Below, one piece after another: positions 26,324 through 34,930 of a stretch of DNA of 59,102 nt (the stretch's first letter is position 1; the number at the start of each line of letters is the position of its first letter). This DNA is from Candidatus Omnitrophota bacterium. GTDB taxonomy: Bacteria > Omnitrophota > Omnitrophia > Omnitrophales > JACQLI01. The notes below the pieces were generated by a model. That model saw nothing but the letters and a program-made list of their open reading frames with translations. It had not been told where the DNA came from and did not search any database. A program made the position numbers and the translations under genes. Location of the stretch: positions 1 to 59,102 of the forward strand of contig JACPCP010000021.1 of NCBI GenBank assembly GCA_016179745.1. The letters run 5' to 3'.

Positions 26324-28189
26324 CTAAGGCGGGACGATCCCCTTCTCCAGCCAGAGGTATTTTCCCTGGAGGGTCTCCTGGGCAATGCGGTAGGTGAAGC
26401 GGTCATCATTGACGAAGAGGGCCCGAAACTGTCTTCCGATCCTCCGCCGGGCCTCCCGGCAGAAAAGATCCGCCAGTTCGACCGGTGTGCCGTCATTGGG
26501 ATTTTTGGTGCGCATCCGAAGGGCCCGGGAAATTGTAACGGCCATCGCAAAAAGGTCGGTCCCGATATTGACCAGACGGGTCATCACTTCCTGCTTTTGT
26601 TCCAGGGCCTGCTGGTAAACGGCCATCGCCAGAAAAAGGTTCCGGGCGAGGCGGTGGGCAGTTGCCTCGGCATATTCGAAATGTGTTTCGAGGGGTTCCG
26701 GAATCAACTCCTCGACCTTCCGATGAATCCAATAAACCCATTGACCCGGATACCAGCGTGCGTAATGGCCGAGCGCCTCAAGCCCGCCTTTAATTTTCTC
26801 CGCCGGTGTTTTTTTTGGGTCCATGAGGGGAAGCAATTTTTGCAGGTGCGGATCCATGGCTTCCCGGGCGATAAAAAGCCGCATGATCTGGCTCGTGCCT
26901 TCAATAATCGTATTAATCCGGGCGTCCCGCATCAGACGCTCCACGGGCCAGGGTTTTTCTCCCCGGGCCTTGAGCGACTGGGCCGTCTCGTAACCCCGCC
27001 CGCCCCGGATTTGAATCGTGGCGTCAATGATCCGCCAGCTCGCTTCCGTGCAAAAAAGTTTGGCCATGGCCGCTTCAAGGCGGATATCTGTTTTCTTCGA
27101 GTCGGCCATTGCCGCCGTCATCAGGTGCATGGCCTCCATCGCAAAGGTCGTGGCCGCAATGGCCGAAATCTTTCTGGCAATGGCCTCGTGCTTTCCGATC
27201 GGCCCGCCCCACTGCTCCCTTTCGTTGGCCCATTGGCGAACGACGCCAAGGCACCATTTTGCGCACCCCGTCACGCCGGCCGGCATCGTCAACCTTCCGG
27301 TGTTGAGAGTCATCAGGGCCAGCTTGAGACCCTCGCCCTCCTTCCCAAGAAGGTTCTCCCGGGGGACCTTCACATTTCTAAATCGAAGGAGGCCATTCTG
27401 AATCCCGTGGAGGCCCATGAATTGGCATCGATGAACGGTTTCAATCCCAGGCATGGTTTTCTCGACAATGAAGGCCGTGATCTGTTTTCGTTCCCGCCCC
27501 TTGACCACCTTCGGGGGTGTCTGCGCCATCACCACCAGGATGTCCGCCACGGGCCCATTGGTGCACCAAAGTTTCTCGCCGTTCAAAAGATAAGCCTTGC
27601 CGCCATCCACGGGGACGGCGGTCGTTTTCATCCGGGCCGGGTCTGAACCCACATCCGGTTCGGTCAGGGCAAAGGCGGAAATCTCTCCTTTTCGAAAGCG
27701 AGGAAGGTACTTCTTTTTTTGTTCTTCCGTTCCAAAAATCATCAGGGGCTGGGGGACTCCGATGCTCTGGTGGGCGGAAATCCACACGCTCGTGGAAGCA
27801 CAATAGCTCGCAACGAGTTGGAGGATCCGGTTGTAATTGACCTGCGAAAAACCCATGCCACTGTATTCCTTGGGGATTTTCAAGGCGAAGCACCCCAGTT
27901 CAGCGAGTCCCTTGAGGGCGGGAGGGGGGATTTCTCCCGTCCGGTCCACTTCGTCGGGATCAATATTTTTGACGAGAAATTTTTCGAGGCGGGCAATAAA
28001 TTCATCGCCAATTTTCCGGTCTTCCTCGCTCTGTTCGGGAAAGGGGACGATCAAGTCCCAGGGCAGGCGGCCCTGGAAAAGTTCCGACACGAAGCTCGGG
28101 CGGGCCCACTCCTTTTCACGGGCCTCTTCAGCCACTTCAAGGGCTTCCCGCTTTTTACCGCTGATCTTGGCGTTGTCTGTGATTTCCAT
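26324..28189 (-). CDS. Acyl-CoA dehydrogenase (long FadE/VLCAD-like)
   Basis: AFALTEPDVGSD, LNGEKLWCTNG, LNTGRL, QIRGGRGY, RINTIIEGTSQI. Confidence 0.93.
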   Translation of the reverse strand: MEITDNAKISGKKREALEVAEEAREKEWARPSFVSELFQGRLPWDLIVPFPEQSEEDRKIGDEFIARLEKFLVKNIDPDEVDRTGEIPPPALKGLAELGCFALKIPKEYSGMGFSQVNYNRILQLVASYCASTSVWISAHQSIGVPQPLMIFGTEEQKKKYLPRFRKGEISAFALTEPDVGSDPARMKTTAVPVDGGKAYLLNGEKLWCTNGPVADILVVMAQTPPKVVKGRERKQITAFIVEKTMPGIETVHRCQFMGLHGIQNGLLRFRNVKVPRENLLGKEGEGLKLALMTLNTGRLTMPAGVTGCAKWCLGVVRQWANEREQWGGPIGKHEAIARKISAIAATTFAMEAMHLMTAAMADSKKTDIRLEAAMAKLFCTEASWRIIDATIQIRGGRGYETAQSLKARGEKPWPVERLMRDARINTIIEGTSQIMRLFIAREAMDPHLQKLLPLMDPKKTPAEKIKGGLEALGHYARWYPGQWVYWIHRKVEELIPEPLETHFEYAEATAHRLARNLFLAMAVYQQALEQKQEVMTRLVNIGTDLFAMAVTISRALRMRTKNPNDGTPVELADLFCREARRRIGRQFRALFVNDDRFTYRIAQETLQGKYLWLEKGIVPP

Positions 28190-28312
28190 TGGATCCTTGA
28201 GATTTTACCTTGATAGTTTATCGGCAGAAATCCTGCTTTCCGAAGGTGTGACGGCCCCGTTTTGATTCTTGAGGCCGGTCCTGATTTACGGTAACATTCA
28301 AGGCCAACGGTC

Positions 28313-29053
28313 ATGAACACACACAAAGGTCTTGAAGTCATTGGAGTCATCCCGGCCCGGATCGGTTCCGAACGGCTGGCCCGGAAGGTCCTGCGGGAAA
28401 TTAACGGCAGGATTCTGGTGGAGCAGGTTTATCGGAGTGCGGCGGCGTGCCCTCTTTTAAAGGAGCTTTGGGTGGCCACGGATTCCGAGGAGGTCCTCGG
28501 GGCCTGCCGCCAGAGAAAAATCCCGGCCCTCCTAACCTCTCCTGATCACGCCTCGGGCACAGACCGGATCTACGAGGTAATGACCAAAAAACCAGCGGCG
28601 ATTTACGTCAATATCCAGGGGGACGAGCCTCTCGTCCGGCCCGAACACCTCGAGGCCCTCCTGAAACCCTTCTCGACCGAAAAAGAGGTCCGGGTCTCCA
28701 CGCTGAAAACTAAAATCTCGGACGAGGCCGCCAAGACCCCCAATGTCGTGAAGGTCGTGACGGATTCCCACGGCTGGGCCCTTTATTTTTCAAGGTCCGC
28801 CATCCCCTTCGACCGGGACGGCGCCCGACGCCGGACCCTCTTCAAACACTTGGGCTTCTACGCCTACACGAAAGAGGCGCTTGAGAAATTCCACAAGCTC
28901 CCGCCCTCCTCCCTCGAGCAGGCCGAAAAATTGGAGCAGCTCCGGTTTCTCGAAAACGGGGTTTCGATTTACGTCGCCGAAACTGCCTTCGACACCGTGG
29001 GCGTGGACACGGAAGAAGATTTGAAACGGGCAGCCGCTCTTCTCGCCCTCTAA
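28313..29053 (+). CDS. kdsB: 3-deoxy-manno-octulosonate cytidylyltransferase
   Basis: VIPARIGSERLARK, VATD, DHASGTDR, NIQGDEP, ALYFSRSAIP, HLGFYAY, LEQLRFLENG, VDTEEDL. Confidence 0.96.
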   Translation: MNTHKGLEVIGVIPARIGSERLARKVLREINGRILVEQVYRSAAACPLLKELWVATDSEEVLGACRQRKIPALLTSPDHASGTDRIYEVMTKKPAAIYVNIQGDEPLVRPEHLEALLKPFSTEKEVRVSTLKTKISDEAAKTPNVVKVVTDSHGWALYFSRSAIPFDRDGARRRTLFKHLGFYAYTKEALEKFHKLPPSSLEQAEKLEQLRFLENGVSIYVAETAFDTVGVDTEEDLKRAAALLAL

Positions 29054-29067
29054 TTCCTTCCGTTTCC

Positions 29068-29283
29068 TCACGGCCGGCGGCGGGGATCCTCAAGGAGATA
29101 GTAGATTTCCCGGTCCCGGGCGCCGAACTCCTTCGCAATGGCGATGATCTCGGCGCACTCTTCATACTTCTCCTGAATGAGCGCCTCCCGGAGCGCCAGG
29201 AGCGCAGAGAACTTCACCGGGTGATCTTCCTTTTTTCCCCAGTTTAGATTGAACCTCTTTCCGATACGGGCCAAATTCGCCAT
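29068..29283 (-). CDS. Small hypothetical protein (71 aa)
   Basis: Perfect RBS TAAGGAGGTG at 29300-29291 ahead of ATG 29283. Amphipathic helical sequence LLALREALIQEKYEECAEIIAIAKEFGA. Confidence 0.75.
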   Translation of the reverse strand: MANLARIGKRFNLNWGKKEDHPVKFSALLALREALIQEKYEECAEIIAIAKEFGARDREIYYLLEDPRRRP

Positions 29284-29320
29284 TGCAAACCACCTCCTTA
29301 GTGTCTGGCTTTTGCCCAAT

Positions 29321-29358
29321 AAAAAAGCCCATTACCGATTTTTCGGTAATGGGCTTTT
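29321..29358 (-). terminator. Strong intrinsic terminator upstream of the small gene (attenuator candidate)
   Basis: 16-bp perfect inverted repeat AAAAGCCCATTACCGA / TCGGTAATGGGCTTTT with a 4-nt loop, then TT on the minus strand. Confidence 0.85.
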
Positions 29359-29385
29359 GATTCCTTCGATGAATCCGTTACGAAA

Positions 29386-29544
29386 TTACTTTGCCGGCTC
29401 GCTCCTCCCTCGACCCATTACCGCACCCCTCGGGCCGGCCTGCCCGACGGCAAGCAGGGCCTTAAAGGTGACCGGATAGGACACACACCGGTCCCATCCC
29501 ATAGCGTGCGTAATAGGTTTTCTTTGAAAGTGAGTTGCCTGCAT
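29386..29544 (-). promoter_or_regulatory. Structured leader with an antiterminator segment and a 52-codon leader ORF
   Basis: ATG 29544 to TAA 29386 is open. It contains CGGTAATGGG (29423-29414), complementary to the terminator 5' arm, plus the hairpins GACCGG..CCGGTC and CCTGC..GCAGG. Confidence 0.5.
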
Positions 29545-29560
29545 AACGAGCGGGATTATA

Positions 29561-30595
29561 TCAAAAAATCCGGTTAAAAAGGTAGCCTAAAATCAAAATT
29601 TGAGGGACGCCGGCGAGGACCATCCAAAGGGACGTCTTCCTGCCTACATTCTGCCAAACGAGCCCGATTTCCGTGTAATCCGTTAACACACCTGCGGTTA
29701 GAAAGACAAAGCTGTTTCCGAGGGCCTGCGTATTTCGATAAATCTCAAAGGCCAAGGGCGCCGTCCCCTCCGAACAGACTTCCAGGACCGTCGCAATGCC
29801 AAGCGTCACCAAAAGCCCGCCGAGGCCCGGTCCCAGGTAAGTGTGAAACCAATGAGCCGGGACATAAGCCTGGGCCAGACTTGCCAGGAGCACTCCAAAA
29901 GTGACCCATCCGAGCACCATCTCGCAAAGCGCCACGGTTGAACGGCCGATCTGGACGATATCCTGCGTAAATTGTTTCCACGAAAAATGGTAATTTCTGA
30001 TTCTCTTCCTGAAATCCAAACGGATCGAAAAAGGACCTTCGGCCGCAACCGTGTTTCGATTTTTTTCAATCCAACCCCTTTGATCGAGACACTGCAAAAT
30101 GAGACCTGTGTTGATGGCCACCAGGAGCGCCGCCAAAATAATCAGAAACCCTTTCCAACCGAAAAGTCCCACGAGCAGCAGCGTCACCGGAAAATTGGCC
30201 CAGGGACTGGCGAGGAGGAAACTGATGACGGCCGGTCCCGAGGCGCCCTTTTTATGAAGCTCCATAGAAAGGGCCAGGATCCCGTGGCTGCAGGCGCTGG
30301 CCAAAAGCCCGAGACCGGCAGCGTAGAAGACGGTCCGCTTCTTGGGCCGGGCCAGAAGTCTGGACACGTATTCCTTGGGCACATATCGGTCCATCATTCC
30401 GCCGATCGCGAGGCCCAGGGTCACCGGCCAGAAGATCTTTCCGACATAATCCCAGAAGGCCCCGGCGAAGGCCTCCGAAGGCGGAAAGGCACGGGAGACG
30501 GCCCCCAAGACAAAACACGCGGTGACGACCCACCAGACTTTTTTCTGATACCAGCGCTTTGATTCGCAGCAGGAATGAGAGGCGTGAGTCGACAT
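29561..30595 (-). CDS. Putative permease (DUF318/ArsP-like)
   Basis: Multi-TM protein with ACSHG and VCSEG motifs, FLLASPWAN, and an N-terminal HASHSCC. Start reassigned to ATG 30595. Confidence 0.8.
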   Translation of the reverse strand: MSTHASHSCCESKRWYQKKVWWVVTACFVLGAVSRAFPPSEAFAGAFWDYVGKIFWPVTLGLAIGGMMDRYVPKEYVSRLLARPKKRTVFYAAGLGLLASACSHGILALSMELHKKGASGPAVISFLLASPWANFPVTLLLVGLFGWKGFLIILAALLVAINTGLILQCLDQRGWIEKNRNTVAAEGPFSIRLDFRKRIRNYHFSWKQFTQDIVQIGRSTVALCEMVLGWVTFGVLLASLAQAYVPAHWFHTYLGPGLGGLLVTLGIATVLEVCSEGTAPLAFEIYRNTQALGNSFVFLTAGVLTDYTEIGLVWQNVGRKTSLWMVLAGVPQILILGYLFNRIF

Positions 30596-30620
30596 CGATT
30601 TTGCGGTATTATATACATCG

Positions 30621-31781
30621 ATGACAAACGAAGCCTCAAAATTCAAGTGGGTCATCACGATCGGCTTTTTTCTCCTGCTCTGGGGAATTGCCGCCGTCCC
30701 CTTCCTGATTTACCCGCCCTCACCGTCGTTGACTTATGAAATCCAAAATTTTTCGGGAGCGGCCCATCATTACGGGACCGCCGAGAAGAGTTGGGTGCCG
30801 CCCCAACGTTCGGAAATCCTCAAAGTCGGCGACCGCCTGCGGACGGGGCCCCGGGGAGAAACGGATTTCAGGATCCCGGGCCAAATGCGGCTTCGTTTGA
30901 AGGAAAATTCTGAGATTGAACTTCGAGCGCCGAGATTTTTTGAACGGTCCCGTTCCCCCCGCCTCCTCCTCCGTCGCGGAGTTTTGCTGGGGGCCACGGA
31001 AAATCAGGCGCTTCCCGTATCGGCCCACATCGTGACGCCCGCCTTCGTGGCCAAAATCAGGGAAGGTATCTTCCAGATCGAAACGGATCCGAAATCGAAA
31101 GTCTCCGTGGCCCGGGTCTTGAGAGGCTCCCTGGAGATCTTCTCTTTCCAAAGCCGTCAATCCGTCACCGTGCGAAGCCTTGAAAGGACGGAAGTCTCGG
31201 GGAAAAAAGCGCCGCAAACCCCTGTGCGGGTGGACCGCCAGGAATGGAACAAGATGAAAGAGGCTTATGAACTGATCTTCAAGGATACGACCCTGGAAAA
31301 GCGGCAGTTCGACCTCTCCAAACAGGCAGGCAGCTTTTTCCAATACGTCATCGACCACGGCACGTTTTACACCCCCAGTTTGGGCTATGCCGAACGTGAA
31401 TTTTTCAAAGGGGAAGGGGCCGGCGAAACCCAAATGGAAGTGGGCTATGATGTCTTTCCCGTGGGTTCTCTGGTGGGGGTTTACTTCAAGACCCGGGACC
31501 TGGATCTTTCCACGTTCAAGGGTTTGGAATTCGAAATCCGGGGCGATCCCGAAGAAGGAGTGCCGGACAGTTTCAAAATCGAGTTGAAATCTGGGTCCGG
31601 AGTGGTCCGGGCATTCAAAACAAGGGGTGTGAAGGAGGCCTGGCAGACCTTTCAATTCCCCTGGCGGTTCACCCGTTCGAAGGAATTGTCGGAAATGACC
31701 TTTGTCTTTTCAAACGAAAAGGCGGGAAATCAAAAGAAGGGACTGGTCGTCTTCCGAAGAATCAATCTTCTCACGAAATGA
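30621..31781 (+). CDS. Membrane-anchored FecR-domain protein with a C-terminal carbohydrate-binding-like beta domain
   Basis: N-terminal TM, FecR pattern (LKVGDRLRTG..G...LRLKENSE...TPAFVA.IR...V.VL.GS), and a C-terminal DLSTFKGLEFEIRG...FKIELK...WQTFQFP pattern. Confidence 0.7.
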   Translation: MTNEASKFKWVITIGFFLLLWGIAAVPFLIYPPSPSLTYEIQNFSGAAHHYGTAEKSWVPPQRSEILKVGDRLRTGPRGETDFRIPGQMRLRLKENSEIELRAPRFFERSRSPRLLLRRGVLLGATENQALPVSAHIVTPAFVAKIREGIFQIETDPKSKVSVARVLRGSLEIFSFQSRQSVTVRSLERTEVSGKKAPQTPVRVDRQEWNKMKEAYELIFKDTTLEKRQFDLSKQAGSFFQYVIDHGTFYTPSLGYAEREFFKGEGAGETQMEVGYDVFPVGSLVGVYFKTRDLDLSTFKGLEFEIRGDPEEGVPDSFKIELKSGSGVVRAFKTRGVKEAWQTFQFPWRFTRSKELSEMTFVFSNEKAGNQKKGLVVFRRINLLTK

Positions 31782-32505
31782 TCTGCTTTTTAAAAACAGC
31801 GGTTGGAAATCGCCGCCCGGGGCAGTCGGTCTTTCCCCGCTTTCCCGGCACCTCATTGTGGCGGAGGACGTGGGAAGCCGGGATCTTGTATTTCATCTGA
31901 AGCTGGCGGACCAGCCAGATTAGGGAATTCAGCTGATTCAGCGACACCTCTTCATTGTCGAAATTTCCAACGAGACAAATTCCGATTCCCTTTTGATTCA
32001 TGTCTGAGGCGTTGCAGTGGGCGCCGTCCATCTGGTGGTTCCACCGGTGACCGGTTTCAATCTGCCCGTCCCGGGTGCCCCCGGTGCCGTTATCGACCAC
32101 AAAGTGGTAACCCAATCCGTTCCAGAATCCCCGCTTGCGGTGGCCCTTGTCAAAGGACTCGGCATTGCCCACTTCCGTTGCGCTGTGGTGAACGATAATG
32201 TATTTCCACCGTTGGGCGTCCGGAAGGAAAGGGAGAGTTTTAAGCTCGTGCGGGACGCCCGGGATCCAAATAGGGGTCCCCACCTTGAGGTCCGTGGGGT
32301 CTTTGATCCTGTTGGCCGCCAGAATCGCACGAGCGCTGACGCCGTAAGTCTCGGAAAGACGCCAAACCGTCTCCCCTTTCACGAGCATATGGGTGATCCC
32401 TCCCCCTCCCACCAGCGCTGAAGGACGAGTGACGGGGTGCCGGGCCGGGTGCGTCGCACAGCCGGCGAGATAAAACAAAAATAGCGGGAGCAGGATCTTT
32501 TTCAT
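31771..32505 (-). CDS. LysM + N-acetylmuramoyl-L-alanine amidase (Amidase_2) lipoprotein
   Basis: Lipobox LAGC, LysM (HMLVKGETVWRLS..YGVS...I..AN), IIVHHSAT, GYHFV, GAHC, IGICLVGNF, H..V...TDCPG. Confidence 0.9.
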   Translation of the reverse strand: MKKILLPLFLFYLAGCATHPARHPVTRPSALVGGGGITHMLVKGETVWRLSETYGVSARAILAANRIKDPTDLKVGTPIWIPGVPHELKTLPFLPDAQRWKYIIVHHSATEVGNAESFDKGHRKRGFWNGLGYHFVVDNGTGGTRDGQIETGHRWNHQMDGAHCNASDMNQKGIGICLVGNFDNEEVSLNQLNSLIWLVRQLQMKYKIPASHVLRHNEVPGKRGKTDCPGRRFPTAVFKKQIIS

Positions 32506-33623
32506 TTTGAGATCGAAGATAATTCCGGATATCGTTCGACGGCGAACCGGGTGATTCTAAGCACAAGCTCCTCGTAACTCCAGCCTTTTTTCCGTGCCAA
32601 AATCACCAGATCGCCCGAACCGGGATGGAGGCCCGGAAGGGGGTTCGCCTCCAGAAAATAGAAGGCCCCTCCGGCCGTGACCCGAAAATCCATTCGGGCA
32701 AAATCCCTCAAACCCATCGCCTGAAATAGACGGATCGCCGATTCTTCAATTCTTTTTCGGAGGGTGAAGTCCAGCCGGGGCGGAACATGGTAATCGACGA
32801 GGGCCTTCCAGTCCCGTTTGACCTCGAGGGAATAACAGAAATCTTTTTCGGAGGGATCCCGGAAGGTGATCTCCATCAGCCCGAGGATTTCCGGATCCTT
32901 GTTGCCCAAAATGCCCACGGTCACCTCCCGCCCGGGAATATATTCCTCCGCCAAAACAGATTCCCCGGGGTGCGAACCAAAGAGCCGCCCCGCTTCTCTC
33001 TCAAGCGAAGGACGGTCCTGGACCCGGGAGGAGCGGCGAATCCCGATGCTGGACCCCTGCCAGAGGGGCTTCACAAAAAGGGGAAACCGGTCCGGGATTT
33101 TCGAAACATCCTCTTTCGTCTCCAAGACCCAAAATTCGGGCGTGGGAATTCCGAGAGAGATTGCCATCCGCTTGGCGAGAGATTTATCAAGCGTCAGGCC
33201 CAGGCCGACGGGATCCGATCCGGAATAAGGCACCCCGAGCATTTCCAAAAGGGCGGGGAGGTGGGATTCCCGGCTCCGGCCAGAAAAACCTTCAGCGATG
33301 TTAAAGACAAAATCAATCTGGTTCTCTCTGATCCGATCAATGACCCCCAGATCGCCTCCGAGAAGAAACACAGAGTCGGCCTCAAAGGCCAAGGCCTTTT
33401 GAAGAGCTTCGATCGTCTCTGGGAGGTCAAACTCCTCGGCTTCTTCTCCGGTGGAATCGGCACTGACACGGGTTGCCAAGTCGCTCTTTAGATTGTAAGT
33501 GATCCCGATTCGCACGGATTCAGGAGAATTTTGCTGGCCCGTTAGACCAATGCCGTTGGCCGTGATAGCGCCCGTTTCCCCGAGGCCTCCCGTAATTGGC
33601 CCGCCGGCGGGCCAATCGTTCAC
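32502..33623 (-). CDS. D-Ala-D-Ala-ligase-like ATP-grasp enzyme (KamA-associated type)
   Basis: RIGITYNLK, EEFD, FNIAEG, TLDK, PLFVKP..QGSS.GI, EEYIPGRE, RMDFR, LEANPLPGL. True start may be GTG 33515. Confidence 0.88.
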   Translation of the reverse strand: MNDWPAGGPITGGLGETGAITANGIGLTGQQNSPESVRIGITYNLKSDLATRVSADSTGEEAEEFDLPETIEALQKALAFEADSVFLLGGDLGVIDRIRENQIDFVFNIAEGFSGRSRESHLPALLEMLGVPYSGSDPVGLGLTLDKSLAKRMAISLGIPTPEFWVLETKEDVSKIPDRFPLFVKPLWQGSSIGIRRSSRVQDRPSLEREAGRLFGSHPGESVLAEEYIPGREVTVGILGNKDPEILGLMEITFRDPSEKDFCYSLEVKRDWKALVDYHVPPRLDFTLRKRIEESAIRLFQAMGLRDFARMDFRVTAGGAFYFLEANPLPGLHPGSGDLVILARKKGWSYEELVLRITRFAVERYPELSSISK

Positions 33624-34827
33624 TCAGGTGAAAGGAACGGTGCCGAATGTCCGTTTCCGCCGTTCGGCCTTCACGGACAGGATCTTTGTATTCAAAAATG
33701 AGGCCCTCATAATTTCTCAAAATGACGCCGTCTTCCGTGACGGAAACGAGGTAGTTGGGTCCGACCGGAATCTTGCCTCCCCCGCCCGGGGTGTCAATCA
33801 CAAATTGCGGGACGGCAAAGCCGGTGGTGTGCCCCCGAAGACCCTCGATGATCTCGACGCCCTTCCAAAGAGAGGTCCGAAGATGCTCCGCCCCCTTCAC
33901 GGGATCGCATTGGTAGAGGTAGTAGGGCCGGACCCCGATTTTGAGGAGGCCGTGACAAAGCTCTTTCATCACAGACACGCTGTCATTCACTCCCCTCAGA
34001 AGCACGCTTTGATTATTCATCGGAATCCCGGCCCGCTGGAGCCGGTCACAGGCCCGGGCGGCTTCCCGGGTGATTTCCCGGGGGTGATTGAAATGAGTGT
34101 TGACCCAAAGCGGCCGGTATTTTGAAAGCATTTCCACCAGCCCCGTGTCGATTCTCTGGGGCAGGACCACGGGGAATCGGGTGCCGATCCGAAGAATTTC
34201 CAAATGGGGAAGGGTCCTCAGCTTCGCCAGAATATTTTCAAGCCTGGCGGTGGAGAGGACGAGGGGGTCTCCCCCGGAAATTAAAACATCACGAACCTTG
34301 GGCGTCCGGGCGAGATAGTCCACCATCCGGTCAATTTCCTGATCGGAGCGCATCCAGATCCCCTCTTCCCACTCCCGCTTGCGGGTGCAGTGACGGCAGT
34401 TCATCGGACAAAGGTTCGTGACCTGCATCAGGACCCGGTCGGGGTAGCGATGCACCAGGCCCGGGACCCCCATGTCCTCTTCTTCCTCCAGGGGGTCCGG
34501 CTCACCCCAATTTCCCTTTTCAATTTCTTCCCGGGCAGGAAAGGATTGAAGCCGGATCGGATCGGCAGAATTCTCAAAATCGATGAGGCAAAGATAGTAA
34601 GGCGGGATTATCACCGGATATTTTTGAATCACACGGGCCAGCACAGCCCGTTCCGACTCGGGGAGTTTCCCGTAGGCGAGGACGGCATCGAGGGACGTCA
34701 CGGCCCGGCGAAGCTGCCAGCGCCAGTCGTTCCACTCGGCGTCCGTGGCCTCCCCAAAAAGCTGGCGCCGCCTCGCCTCAACTCCCCACTCGGTTGGAAG
34801 CGTTGAGACGGGCGGCGCTTGTCGCAT
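33520..34827 (-). CDS. kamA: KamA-family radical SAM, predicted lysine 2,3-aminomutase
   Basis: WNDWRWQL, EPDPLEE, LVHRYPDRV, CPMNCRHCTRKR, ISGGDPL, NQSVLL.GVND, YLYQCD, IDTPGGGGK. Start reassigned to ATG 34827. Confidence 0.92.
   Translation of the reverse strand: MRQAPPVSTLPTEWGVEARRRQLFGEATDAEWNDWRWQLRRAVTSLDAVLAYGKLPESERAVLARVIQKYPVIIPPYYLCLIDFENSADPIRLQSFPAREEIEKGNWGEPDPLEEEEDMGVPGLVHRYPDRVLMQVTNLCPMNCRHCTRKREWEEGIWMRSDQEIDRMVDYLARTPKVRDVLISGGDPLVLSTARLENILAKLRTLPHLEILRIGTRFPVVLPQRIDTGLVEMLSKYRPLWVNTHFNHPREITREAARACDRLQRAGIPMNNQSVLLRGVNDSVSVMKELCHGLLKIGVRPYYLYQCDPVKGAEHLRTSLWKGVEIIEGLRGHTTGFAVPQFVIDTPGGGGKIPVGPNYLVSVTEDGVILRNYEGLIFEYKDPVREGRTAETDIRHRSFHLSERLARRRANYGRPRGNGRYHGQRHWSNGPAKFS
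33595..33616. repeat. Second copy of the palindrome ATTGGCCCGCCGGCGGGCCAAT
   Basis: 22-bp perfect palindrome identical to the core of 16658-16681, in the kamA 3' end / ddl-like 5' overlap. Confidence 0.9.
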
Positions 34828-34930
34828 TTCTACTGCAGGTTGACTCACCCTATAGAGTCCTTTCCACCGTATTATCGACACCCGGGGTAAATCTTTGACG
34901 GCCGACGGCGATCGGAAATAACCACGGGCC

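Noticed and set aside
26105-27646. 513-aa plus-strand ORF
   Set aside because: Antisense shadow of the acyl-CoA dehydrogenase with no recognisable motifs; typical of high-GC codon bias.
29360-29545. c-di-GMP-I riboswitch or T-box in the leader (GGCAAA and GGGAUGGGACCG similarities)
   Set aside because: The GNRA tetraloop/receptor and CGCAAAGC elements, and the T-box UGGNACC bulge and specifier stem, could not be built. Needs an Infernal scan.
33520-34827. KamA as the EF-P modification enzyme EpmB
   Set aside because: No efp or epmA is nearby, and it is coupled to an ATP-grasp ligase instead. Not excluded genome-wide.
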